From contig DASXAI010000158.1 in NCBI GenBank assembly GCA_036406775.1, forward strand, positions 1 through 34,244: a stretch of 34,244 bases of DNA, in the 5' to 3' direction. Below, piece after piece: positions 10,039-19,300 of this stretch. The notes below the pieces were generated by a model. The model did no database searches. It saw only the letters and a list, made by a program, of their open reading frames with translations, and had not been told where the DNA came from. Every line of letters begins with the position of its first letter. Position 1 is the first letter of the stretch. This DNA is from Acidimicrobiales bacterium. Its GTDB lineage: Bacteria; Actinomycetota; Acidimicrobiia; Acidimicrobiales; Ilumatobacteraceae. Made by a program: the position numbers and the translations under genes.

Positions 10039-10113
10039 CACGATCAGGGCCCCTTTCCTCCACTGCGGCGGCGTCAGCGCCGTCGAACGAAGATCACGGC
10101 CACCGTACGCCTT

Positions 10114-10131
10114 CTTGCACTCGAGTACAAG
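10114..10131. promoter_or_regulatory. Palindromic operator candidate (site 1), overlapping a putative minus-strand promoter of the secreted-protein gene
   Basis: CTTGCACTCGAGTACAAG is an 18-bp palindrome (16/18). Its core is 14/16 identical to site 2 at 10839..10854. On the minus strand, TTGTAC (10125-10130) -17 nt- TACGGT (10102-10107) forms a sigmaA-like promoter overlapping it. Confidence 0.5.
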
Positions 10132-10158
10132 AAAAATCTTGGGAGTCACCGCCGCCGG

Positions 10159-10764
10159 TCACGGCAGCAGCGGTCCTCCCGTCAGTCCGGCCGCGAGCCT
10201 GGACGGATGTGGCGCCGCCAGCAGGCAACGGGCGACGACGGCCAGCAGTGGCTCCTGGACCTCGCTCGAGGCCCAGAGCGTGAGGCCCAGGAAGACCATC
10301 GAGACGACCGTCGCGACCGCGGCACGAGCACCGAGGTCTTCGGGGGAGACACCACGCTCCTGGTGGACCAGCCAGATCGTCTCCTCGAGGATGACGCGCC
10401 GTTCGAAGGTGATCCGCCGGAGCGTCGGTTCGGTCAGCACGAGGCGCATTTGGCCCCGTACCAGAGTCGCAGCATCTGCCCCGATGAACTGGGCAAACTG
10501 CTCAAAAGTGGCCGCAATCGCGGCGACTGTCGAGGACGCCGGATCCTCCCCGAGCGGCCGCGCCCGAAGCGTGGCGCCGATCATTCCGGGCAGGATGTCA
10601 ACCGGCAGGAACAGGACCGCTTCCTTGGTCGGGAAGTAGTTGAAGAAGGTGCGCCGGGAGACGCCGGCGGCACGGGCGATGTCGTCAGTGCTGGTGGCCT
10701 CGTACCCCCGCTCCGTCATCAGCTGCAACGCCGCCCCGCGGATGGCGCGTTCGGTGGCCTGCAT
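10159..10764 (-). CDS. TetR/AcrR-family transcriptional regulator
   Basis: HTH signature: ERAIRGAALQLMTERGYEATSTDDIARAAGVSRRTFFNYFPTKE. The track ORF extends to a TTG at 10854, but that codon lies inside operator site 2. I therefore prefer Met31 (ATG 10764, 201 aa). The start is uncertain. Confidence 0.8.
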   Translation of the reverse strand: MQATERAIRGAALQLMTERGYEATSTDDIARAAGVSRRTFFNYFPTKEAVLFLPVDILPGMIGATLRARPLGEDPASSTVAAIAATFEQFAQFIGADAATLVRGQMRLVLTEPTLRRITFERRVILEETIWLVHQERGVSPEDLGARAAVATVVSMVFLGLTLWASSEVQEPLLAVVARCLLAAPHPSRLAAGLTGGPLLP

Positions 10765-10838
10765 TCGCGCGGCACGGCGCCCAACGCCTGCCGCTGCCGC
10801 TGACCGTCTTGGTCGCTGGGTCGGCTCGTCTGGGAATG

Positions 10839-10854
10839 GTGTACTCAAGTGCAA
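10839..10854. promoter_or_regulatory. Palindromic operator candidate (site 2), upstream of the TetR gene (possible autoregulation)
   Basis: GTGTACTCAAGTGCAA compared with the reverse complement of site 1, TTGTACTCGAGTGCAA: 14/16 identical. Both sites lie about 75-93 nt upstream of the preferred ATG of the downstream minus-strand gene. Confidence 0.45.
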
Positions 10855-11076
10855 TCAATGTAGCCGAGGGCGCCGCCCAAAATCGAGCCATGCGCATCCG
10901 CTCCCGAACGAGAAGTGCGCGGCCGACTTCCCCTACTCCGCCTGCAACTCGGCGACGAACGCCAGGGCGCACGGAACGGACGCTGAACGTTGTCGCGGCA
11001 AGACTTGTCCATGGTGGAGCGCAGCGCTCTCAGCACGAGCCGAAGGGGCGGTCAGCGGCAACAGACGCGGCCGCGT

Positions 11077-12084
11077 TCAGGCCGCCGAATGAGAGCGCTC
11101 GCGGCCATCAGGTCGCCCGATCCGCTCGTGAACGTGCGACGGCGAGGTCAGACAAGGAAACGATGCGAGCTCGTGCGACACGGCCAGGACGCGGCGGATG
11201 CTGGCATCGACCAAACGGACGTCGGCATCGAGCACTCGGAAGCGCGGAACGACACTCATCACGAGCCACCGCCAGCGGTCCTCGAAGCGGGTGATCCTCG
11301 GAAACGACTGAGTACGCACGGCTTCGCGGAGGCCTCGAGTCAGCGAGTAGAGGTAGAACGACGTGAAGTGCGACATCTCCTGGCGCACTCCTCGAACCTC
11401 GAACGTCGTCACAGACCCGATCGACAACAGTCGGGCGAACGAACACGAGAGGCGATCGAAGTTGGGTTGCACCACGGCGCGCTGCTCATGGCGCAGCAAC
11501 TCGACGTTGCCGGTCCAGATCAGGTCCGCCGCAGCGTGTCGAGCCCGCGTCGAGACAGTCGGCTGTTCGATCATTCGGCGCCCCTCGTCGATTGCTTCGA
11601 AGCCGGCGAGCACGGGTGCGTAGTGCGGAGCCCTCCCAAGTAGGGATCGAAGTCGTCCGATTCCGTCGTCGGCGGTGACGTATGCGAGATGAACCCAGAA
11701 GATGTCGTCGTAGATGGCGTTGTTCGTCATGCGGATCGTGTCGACGTCGTTCGCGAGCAGCTTTCTCCCGTGGCGCAGGCTGGTCGGGATGTCCACCAAG
11801 CCGTTGCGATCGGTGTGGATCCGGAAGGGAACGAGCGCCAGCCGGACATGGTGTGACGCGATCGCTGCCATCGCCGCCCACTTGAGGTATTTCGGCTGCT
11901 GTTGGTAGATCCAGGCGTAGTGCGACGAGATCGCCGCGTTGCGGTGGAACACGCAGCACTGGTCGCTGAGCAGTCCTTCGGCGACGGCCTTCCACCCCTC
12001 GATCGACTCCGGGCCGCCGCTTGAAGTGACCACAACGTCTGGCTCGAAGGCAGCTCCGCGGACGGAGTGAGGCAGTTGGCCCAT
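11077..12084 (-). CDS. Hypothetical protein (335 aa), no family recognised
   Basis: Start at Met12 of the track ORF (ATG 12084), with a GAAGGAGA Shine-Dalgarno. Coding-like composition, but GC is lower than the flanks. Contains HYAWIYQQQPKYLKWAAMAAIASHHV and FEDRWRWL motifs. Confidence 0.65.
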   Translation of the reverse strand: MGQLPHSVRGAAFEPDVVVTSSGGPESIEGWKAVAEGLLSDQCCVFHRNAAISSHYAWIYQQQPKYLKWAAMAAIASHHVRLALVPFRIHTDRNGLVDIPTSLRHGRKLLANDVDTIRMTNNAIYDDIFWVHLAYVTADDGIGRLRSLLGRAPHYAPVLAGFEAIDEGRRMIEQPTVSTRARHAAADLIWTGNVELLRHEQRAVVQPNFDRLSCSFARLLSIGSVTTFEVRGVRQEMSHFTSFYLYSLTRGLREAVRTQSFPRITRFEDRWRWLVMSVVPRFRVLDADVRLVDASIRRVLAVSHELASFPCLTSPSHVHERIGRPDGRERSHSAA

Positions 12085-12142
12085 CTCTGTCTCCTTCGGT
12101 GATCGGGATCGGACCACGCCAGCATCAGCTGCCTACGGATGG

Positions 12143-12218
12143 ATCGAATCCACCCGTCGCGTAGTCCGCGACCCGGATTCGGACCGACCTCGTGGACTAC
12201 GCGTGAGGTGGATTCGAT
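12143..12218. repeat. 76-bp imperfect inverted repeat in a divergent intergenic region
   Basis: Left arm atcgaatccacccgtcgcgtagtcc (12143-12167). Reverse complement of the right arm (12194-12218) is atcgaatccacctcacgcgtagtcc. The 12-nt and 9-nt blocks are perfect and flank a 4-nt mismatch. The spacer is 26 nt. Confidence 0.7.
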
Positions 12219-12275
12219 GCGAACGCCGTGGCGCGCACACTCGCGACCGGGTCAACAACCAAAGGAGGACACTCC

Positions 12276-12731
12276 ATGATTTACAGCTGGATCGTGAAGA
12301 GCAGGATCCGACAAAGCTTCGAACAGGTCAACGCCCACCAGTGGGACGATCTACTGGGATCGATCGCACCGGACGTCGATCACAGATTCCTCGGCGTACA
12401 CGCGGTCGGCGGGCAGCGCCACGACCGGGACACCCTCCGGCGATGGTTCGAGCGGCTCGGGCGAGTCTTGCCCAACCTCCACCTCACAGTGAACAACATC
12501 TGGGTCAAGGGCTGGCCGTGGAACACCACCGTGATCGTCCAATGGGATGGGACGGCAACGCTTCTCGATGGCGGCCCGTATCGCCAGCACGCTGTGCACC
12601 TGATCACGCTGAGGTGGGGCAAGATCCACGCACTCGACGTGTTCGAGGACTCTCAAGAGATCGCTCGGGCGCTCGAGGTGCAAGCCACCGCAGGACTCGT
12701 GGAAGCCGTCGCCGAGCCGATCGTGAGCTGA
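12276..12731 (+). CDS. NTF2/SnoaL-like (ketosteroid-isomerase-fold) protein
   Basis: ATG 12276 is preceded by AAAGGAGGAC. MIYSWIVKSRIRQSFEQVNAHQWDDLLGSIAPDVDHRF...ITLRWGKIHALDVFEDSQ is a typical SnoaL-like pattern, 151 aa. Confidence 0.75.
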   Translation: MIYSWIVKSRIRQSFEQVNAHQWDDLLGSIAPDVDHRFLGVHAVGGQRHDRDTLRRWFERLGRVLPNLHLTVNNIWVKGWPWNTTVIVQWDGTATLLDGGPYRQHAVHLITLRWGKIHALDVFEDSQEIARALEVQATAGLVEAVAEPIVS

Positions 12732-12743
12732 CCGGAGGACGTG

Positions 12744-13457
<714 letters not shown>

Positions 13458-13526
13458 TCGTATGCGGAGAAACTAGGTTACCGCACGGTCGTCGCTCCTC
13501 ACAACGTCGCGCCGGCCGTCTCCGAG

Positions 13527-14102
13527 ATGCCGTTGTTCCGTCGCCGCTCCGAACCCGACTCGCAGGTGGCCGAGCTCACCGGCCAGCTCGCGGCGCTGCG
13601 AGCCCGGCTGGATGCCATCGAGGAGGCGGCGACACGGCTGCCGCCGCCCCGCCCGATGGTCACGCCTCCAGCCACCGCGCCGCCAGCGCCCACGTCCCCG
13701 GGCACCACGCCGCCGCTCCCACCGCCGAGCGTCGACGCCCTGACGGCACCGCTGCGCCAGGCCCTCGACGAGTTGTCGGCCCGGTTCGACGCCGCCGAGC
13801 AGGAGCGGGTGGCCGACCGCGATCGCGTCGACACCCGCCTCACCGAGCTGTCGACCACGCTCACCGATCAGCTCCACGAGCTCTCTGGCGGCTTGCAGAC
13901 CCAGGAGGAGCGACTGGCCGCCTTCCGCGCCGAGCTGGAGGCCCTAGCCGCCGAGCCGCCGGGCGACGGGGCGACCGACCTCGACGAGCTCCGAGCCGGC
14001 CAGGCGCGGATCGCCAACGAGGTGGCCCGCCACGAGATCGCCTTCCACCAGGAGCTCGCCGCCCTGGCCGATCGCCTGGGCCGCCAGCGCCCGACCCGGT
14101 GA
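13527..14102 (+). CDS. Coiled-coil / proline-rich hypothetical protein
   Basis: 191-aa ORF with very high GC3. Heptad-like ELTGQLAALRARLDAIEEA and LAAFRAELEALAA segments flank a PPPRPMVTPPATAPPAPTSPGTTPPLPPP linker. No family recognised. Confidence 0.6.
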   Translation: MPLFRRRSEPDSQVAELTGQLAALRARLDAIEEAATRLPPPRPMVTPPATAPPAPTSPGTTPPLPPPSVDALTAPLRQALDELSARFDAAEQERVADRDRVDTRLTELSTTLTDQLHELSGGLQTQEERLAAFRAELEALAAEPPGDGATDLDELRAGQARIANEVARHEIAFHQELAALADRLGRQRPTR

Positions 14103-14108
14103 CCCGCC

Positions 14109-14158
14109 CGTTTCACGCCAGGAAATCCACGCCAGACGCAGCAAAACCAGCGTGAACG
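14109..14158 (+). repeat. Nested-hairpin intergenic element, copy A
   Basis: cgtttcacgccagg-AAAT-ccacgccagacgcagc-AAAA-ccagcgtgaacg. About 79% identical to copy B (32190-32240). Its core is about 85% identical to copy C (33673-33711). It starts 7 nt after the stop of 13527..14102. Confidence 0.7.
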
Positions 14159-14174
14159 CCCCTGCCCGCAGGCC

Positions 14175-14951
14175 TCACTGGGCTGCGGGCACAGGCGCGG
14201 CGCGGCGATAGACACCCAGCGCCAGCGTGTGGGCGACGATCAGGATGCCCGCGGCCCAAGCCAGGGCGGCCCAGACGTCGGGACCTGGGGTGCCGTCAGT
14301 GAGCAGCGAGCGCATGGTCTCGATGATGGGTGTCATCGGCTGGTGCTCGGCGAACCCTCGCAGCCATGGCGTCATGGAGTCCGTGGGGACGAACGAGGGG
14401 CTGATGAAGATCAGCAGCAAGAGGAGGTAGCTGAAGGCGCCGGCGCCTTCGACGGTCTTGGCCAGCAGGCCGAAGAACATGGCCAGCCAGGTGGTGGCCA
14501 GGATGAGGAGAACGAGGAGGCCCAGGAGGCAGAGCCAGGCGACGGGATTGCCCGTGGGACGGAAGCCGACGAGGAGCGCCACCGCGATCACGAGGAGGCA
14601 GGAGAAGAGATTCGAGAGCGTCGAGGACAGGGCCTGCCCACTGAGCACCGACGACGGCGTCACCGGCATGGTCCGGAAGCGGCTGATGATGCCTTGCTGG
14701 AGGTCCATGCTGAGGCGTACGGCGGCGTAGGCGATGCCGCTCGCCACCGTCATGACGATGACGCCGGGGGTGATGTAGTCGACGTACTTGATCGAGCCCG
14801 TCTGCTCCTCGAGGGCGCCGCCGAACACGTAGACGAACAGCAGCAAGATGGCGATCGGTGTCATGACGACCGTGATGATCGTGTCGACGCTGCGCGTGGT
14901 GTGGCGCAGGCTTCGTTTCGTCATGGTCCAGGTGTCAGTGAACGCTCGCAT
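14175..14951 (-). CDS. ABC-2-type transporter permease (DrrB-like)
   Basis: Six hydrophobic segments. Start at Met50 of the track ORF (ATG 14951, MRAFTDTWTMTKRSLRH...), with an AAGGAGGA Shine-Dalgarno. It overlaps the upstream ATPase stop by 17 nt, which suggests translational coupling. Confidence 0.85.
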   Translation of the reverse strand: MRAFTDTWTMTKRSLRHTTRSVDTIITVVMTPIAILLLFVYVFGGALEEQTGSIKYVDYITPGVIVMTVASGIAYAAVRLSMDLQQGIISRFRTMPVTPSSVLSGQALSSTLSNLFSCLLVIAVALLVGFRPTGNPVAWLCLLGLLVLLILATTWLAMFFGLLAKTVEGAGAFSYLLLLLIFISPSFVPTDSMTPWLRGFAEHQPMTPIIETMRSLLTDGTPGPDVWAALAWAAGILIVAHTLALGVYRRAAPVPAAQ

Positions 14952-15885
14952 ATCGGTCCTCCTTGTCGTCGTCGAGGAACTTGAAGAACACGTCGTCCAG
15001 CGTCGGCAGCTGACTGGAGAACGCGGTCGGCTCGATCCCGCTCTCCTTGAGCTGGATGAACATGTCGGCCATCTCCGCCACCGAACCGGTGGTCGCAACG
15101 ACCAGCTTCGAGTCGACCCGGTTGACGTCGTGTCGCGCGCCGAGCGCTCGCTGCGCCGCCGCCAGTTGGCCTTCCTCGCTGAACTCCAGTTCGACCCGCC
15201 CGGTTGGCAGCATGGCCTTCAGCTCCTCTGGCCTGCCCCTGGCCACGATGCCGCCGCCGTGGAGGATGGCGACCTGGTCGGCGAGACGGTCGGCCTCGTC
15301 GAGGTACTGGGTGGTCAGGAAGACCGTGGTCCCGTTGTCGACCAGTTGCCGGATCGTCAGCCACATGTCGGACCGGCTCTTGGGGTCGAGCCCGGTCGTC
15401 GGCTCGTCGAAGAAGATGATGGGTGCGTTGCCGACCAGGCTCATGGCGATGTCGAGCCGGCGTCGCATCCCGCCCGAAAAGGTCAGCAGGCGGCGGTCGG
15501 CGGCCGCTTGGAGATCGAACTTCTCCAGCAGGGCCGCCGCGGTCTGGTGGGGATCCGCGACGTGGCGTAGCTCGCCCATCAGCAAAAGGTTCTCCCGGGC
15601 GGTCAGCAGGTGGTCCACGGCGGCGAACTGTCCGGTCAGGCTGATCTGCTCGCGGACCTCGGCGGGATGCTCTGTCACGTCGAACCCGGCGACACGGGCC
15701 GTCCCGCCGTCGGCATTGATCAACGTGGTCAGGATGTTGATCGTGGTCGTCTTGCCCGAGCCGTTGCCTCCGAGCAGGGCGAAGACCGTGCCCCGTTCGA
15801 CGGTGAACGACACGTCGCGGAGCACCGGGACTTCCTTGTATCCCTTCACGAGGTTCCTCACCTCGATGGCGTTCGTGGTTTCCAT
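14935..15885 (-). CDS. ABC transporter ATP-binding protein (DrrA/daunorubicin-resistance-like)
   Basis: Walker A GGNGSGKTT, signature FSGGMRRRLD, Walker B IIFFDEPTTGLD, and a C-terminal DrrA-type domain. An AAGGAGG Shine-Dalgarno precedes ATG 15885. Confidence 0.92.
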   Translation of the reverse strand: METTNAIEVRNLVKGYKEVPVLRDVSFTVERGTVFALLGGNGSGKTTTINILTTLINADGGTARVAGFDVTEHPAEVREQISLTGQFAAVDHLLTARENLLLMGELRHVADPHQTAAALLEKFDLQAAADRRLLTFSGGMRRRLDIAMSLVGNAPIIFFDEPTTGLDPKSRSDMWLTIRQLVDNGTTVFLTTQYLDEADRLADQVAILHGGGIVARGRPEELKAMLPTGRVELEFSEEGQLAAAQRALGARHDVNRVDSKLVVATTGSVAEMADMFIQLKESGIEPTAFSSQLPTLDDVFFKFLDDDKEDRYASVH

Positions 15886-15906
15886 GGTTCTCAGGTGCCT
15901 CCTTGA

Positions 15907-16230
15907 TCAGAGCTTGAAGATCGACAGGTACGTGGCGCCGACGTCGGTTCGCAGCTCGGTGTGGACCGACCCCGCCGCCGCGGCGTACGCGTCACCGGGC
16001 CCGAGCACGTGACCTTGCGCGTGCAGCGTTCCGTCGATGACATAGACGAACTCGGGAAAGGCGTGGACGTGCGGGTCGGTGCAGTATCCCGGTTCGGCGG
16101 CAACGAGGACGACGTTGTACCCGTCGGCCGAGGCGATCAGCTTGGCCTTGGCGTCTCCCCGAGAGCCCCACGGTGCCCAACCGACGTCTGTCGCGTTGGC
16201 GATGTCCCAACCACTCAGCGAGTGCTCCAT
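15907..16230 (-). CDS. Cupin-domain protein
   Basis: GYCTDPHVHAFPEFVYVIDGTLHAQGHVLGPGDAYAAAAGSVH is a cupin motif 1/2 pattern. Start at Met6 (ATG 16230) with a GAGGAG Shine-Dalgarno. It ends 21 nt upstream of the ABC ATPase gene, so they are probably one operon. Confidence 0.8.
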   Translation of the reverse strand: MEHSLSGWDIANATDVGWAPWGSRGDAKAKLIASADGYNVVLVAAEPGYCTDPHVHAFPEFVYVIDGTLHAQGHVLGPGDAYAAAAGSVHTELRTDVGATYLSIFKL

Positions 16231-16306
16231 CCGACTCCTCTTCACGTTCAGGCGCAGCGCGATCGCGTCGAAGGGCAGTGTCGGATGGTTCCCTTTCGAA
16301 CTGCTG

Positions 16307-19300
16307 TCAGACGTCTGACACGGGCGCCGCGGCGCCGTACCGCACGATGACTTCGGTCGGTGTCAGTCGCTGGCCCCGCGCCAAGGCTTGGGAGTAGTCG
16401 CGCGCGCCGAGCGCGTCACGCAGCCTGGCCGCCAGCGTGTCGAGGGCTCGATCAGACTGCGGCGAGCGTTTCGGTGCGCTCATTCGCGCTCGGACGGCGG
16501 CGGCGGACCCGAGCAACTCGGCCGCGTCGCGATCGTCCCCAGAGGCGGCCGATGCCTCTGCCATACCCTCCAGCGCGTCGGCGATGGCGGACGGCTGCCC
16601 GAGATCGGTGGCCGTCCGCAACGCCCGCCGATGATGCACCAGCGCCCCGGCGACGCTGCCCTTGACGACGAGCGCCCGGCCCGCCTCCGTGAGCGCGGCG
16701 GCCAGGCCTTGGTTCCATCCGGTCGGCTCGAGGATGTCGATGGACTCTCCGATCAAGCCGAGCGCGTCGTCGACCCTGCCGACACGCAGCGCCGCCGCGG
16801 CGAGCTCCTTGAGGATCCAACCGACGAAGCACGGGTCGCCGGCGCGTTCGGCATGCCGGCGTGAACGTTCGAGCAACTCCACCGCGCCTGCTTCATCACC
16901 CTCGTCGGCACTCGTGACGGCGCGCCAGAGCAGACCCCACGCGAGGCCCCAGTCGTCGTTCCGGCTCGTGGCGAGGGCGATCGCCTCGTCCTGGCGGGTG
17001 GCCGCGGCGTCCAGATCCCCGAGCCACCGGTCGTTCATCCCGAGATAGACGAGCGCCACCACACTCTCCTCGGGTGTCCCGAGCTCGCGCCACGCCGTCA
17101 CCGCTCGCTGCAGCAGTGCTTGGGCCTCGACGACGTCGAGGACACCCACATGGATCCCGGTGAGCTCGAGCAGCCGCGCCTTCAAGGGCGCGTCGATCTC
17201 GACGACGTCAACGGCCCGTGTGAGCCATCGGACGGCTTCCGGGTTCTCACCTTCGAGGGCCCAATACCAACCGAGCGACGCCGCGAGCTCGGCTCCCAGG
17301 GCCCGGTCGCCACCGGACCAGCACCACTCGAGGGCAGCCCGCATGTTGGGCATCTGTCGGCGCAGGCGCGCGAGGGTCGGCTGTTGCTCCGGGCCGCGCA
17401 ACCTGGCGTCCGCTTCGGTCGCATGAGCCGTCACCCATCGAGCCATCCGATCGAACGTGGCGTCGCTATCGGCCGGCTGCTCCTCGAGCGCCGTTGCCGC
17501 GTACGCCCGCAACGAGTCGAGCATCCGGTAGCTGTCGTCGCCGTCGGCGACGACGAGCGAACGTCCGACCATCGAGGTGAGCAGGTCGAGCGGATCGGAG
17601 TCGAGTCCGTGACCGGCGACGACAGCGGCGGCCGGCAGGCTGAACCGTCCGGCGAAGACGCTTACGCGGCGAAAGAACGCTCGTTCATCGGCATCGAGGA
17701 GATCGATGCTCCACGCGATCGTGGCGCGGAGTGACTGCTGGCGGCGCTCGCCGGCTCGCCCAGGACGGCGGAGAACAGCGAACCGGTCGTCGAGCCGCTC
17801 GAGGATCGCGGGTGGCGACAGGACCGCGGTCCTGGCCGCCGCGAGCTCGATCGCCAGCGGCAGACCGTCGAGGCGGCGGCAGATGTCGGCGACGGCGGCG
17901 ACGTTCGACGGGTCGAGCTCGAAGCCGGGCCGAACCGCTCGTGCCCGCTCGACGAACAACGTGACAGCGTCGCTGTCGCGCACCTCCTCGAAGGGCGCGT
18001 CGTGGTAGGGCAGGCCAAGCGGTGGAACCGGCCACGCCACCTCGCCTGCGATGCCGAGCGCTTCGCGGCTGGTCGCGAGGATGTGCAGCGACGGGCAATC
18101 GCGGAGCAAACGGTGCGCCACCGACGCACACACGTCGAGGAGGTGCTCGCAGGTGTCGAGCACGAGGAGAGCGGCGCGATGACCAATGTGAAACGTCACG
18201 GCTTCGAGCGGATCCGGCCCCGACATCACGCCGAGGGCGCGAGCGACCTCGAGCGGAACGACGCTGGGGTCGGAGACGTCGCCGAGCTCCACCAACCACG
18301 CGGTACCGTGTTCCGCATCGGCGTGAGCGACGGCGAGCGCCAGCCGAGTCTTGCCCATCCCACCGGGTCCGGTGAGTGTGACCAGCCGATCGCGGCCCAC
18401 CGCGGCGCGCACACGCGCCACCTCATTCCCGCGGCCTACGAGGCGGGTCGTGGTCGCGGGCAAGGCCGCGCGCCGCGTGCCACGCGACGGTGAGGATCCT
18501 CCATCGGGCCCGTCGGCGATCCCGTGACGCGCGGCAGTCGGGGGCGGGGTCCAGTCGAGTTCGGAGCGTTGCTCCAGCACGGCGAGTCGCAGCGCCTGGA
18601 GCTCGCGACCCGGTTCGATGCCGAGCTCGTCGACCAGGTGCTGTCGGGCCTCGTCGAACGCGCGCAGCGCTTCCGCCTGCCGGCCCGAACGGTACAAGGC
18701 CAATACGAGCTGGGCCCGGAACCGCTCGCGGAGCGGGAAGTCGGCCACGAGCTGGCGCAGCAGCGCGACGGCGCTGTCGTGCTCGCCCAGGGCCAGACGG
18801 GCTTCGACCGTGTGCTCGAGTGCGGTGGCCCGCAGTTCGTAGAGCCGCTGGACCTCCGCGTCCACGAAGGGCTCGTAGGCGACGTCTTGAAACGGCTCGC
18901 CGCGCCACAGCGCGAGGGCGTCGCCGAGTTGGTCGAGTGCCGTTCGCGCCGACTCCCAGGCGGGCTGCTCGAGGCGTCGGCCGGCGGCGGCAACCGCCGC
19001 TTCGAACCGCGCCGCATCGATCGCTTCCGCCGGGACGTCGAGGACGTACCCGCCGCCGATCGTGCGCAGCGCGGGTGCCGGCCCGTCGGACGGCAGATCA
19101 AGTGCCTTGCGCAGGTACGAGATGTTCACCTGGAGCGCGTTGGCGGCGTTTCCCGGGAGGTCGTCGCGCCACAACTGCTCGATGAGGACGTCGGCGGCGA
19201 CGGCGTGCCCCGCATGGAGCAGCAGCGAGCTCAGGGCCGTCCGAGGCCGGCCCCGTCGTAGCGGCACCACGGCCCCGGCCCGGCGCACCTCCAGGGGACC

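Noticed and set aside
10039-10149. Longer start choices for several genes: 10149 for the secreted protein, 6929 for the hydrolase, 8490 for the TPP enzyme, 15098 for the permease, 27217 for VOC and 26721 for GNAT
   Set aside because: The upstream extensions are Arg/Ser-rich with no homology. They overlap neighbouring genes or the operator. Internal starts with good Shine-Dalgarno sequences are available.
12139-12165. GGATCGAATCCACC as a tRNA fragment or T-arm remnant (att site)
   Set aside because: It resembles the generic GGTTCGAATCC T-arm only loosely. It does not match the adjacent tRNA-fMet T-arm (GCGGGTTCAAATCCCGC) and cannot be folded into a full cloverleaf.
14932-14957. GTGTCAGTG-N10-TATCGG, which resembles the mycobacterial RecA-independent (PafBC) damage promoter motif TGTCRGTG-N8-TANNNT
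   Set aside because: It lies inside the ABC ATPase/permease overlap on the non-coding strand. The spacing is wrong and the -10 is poor, so it is probably chance.
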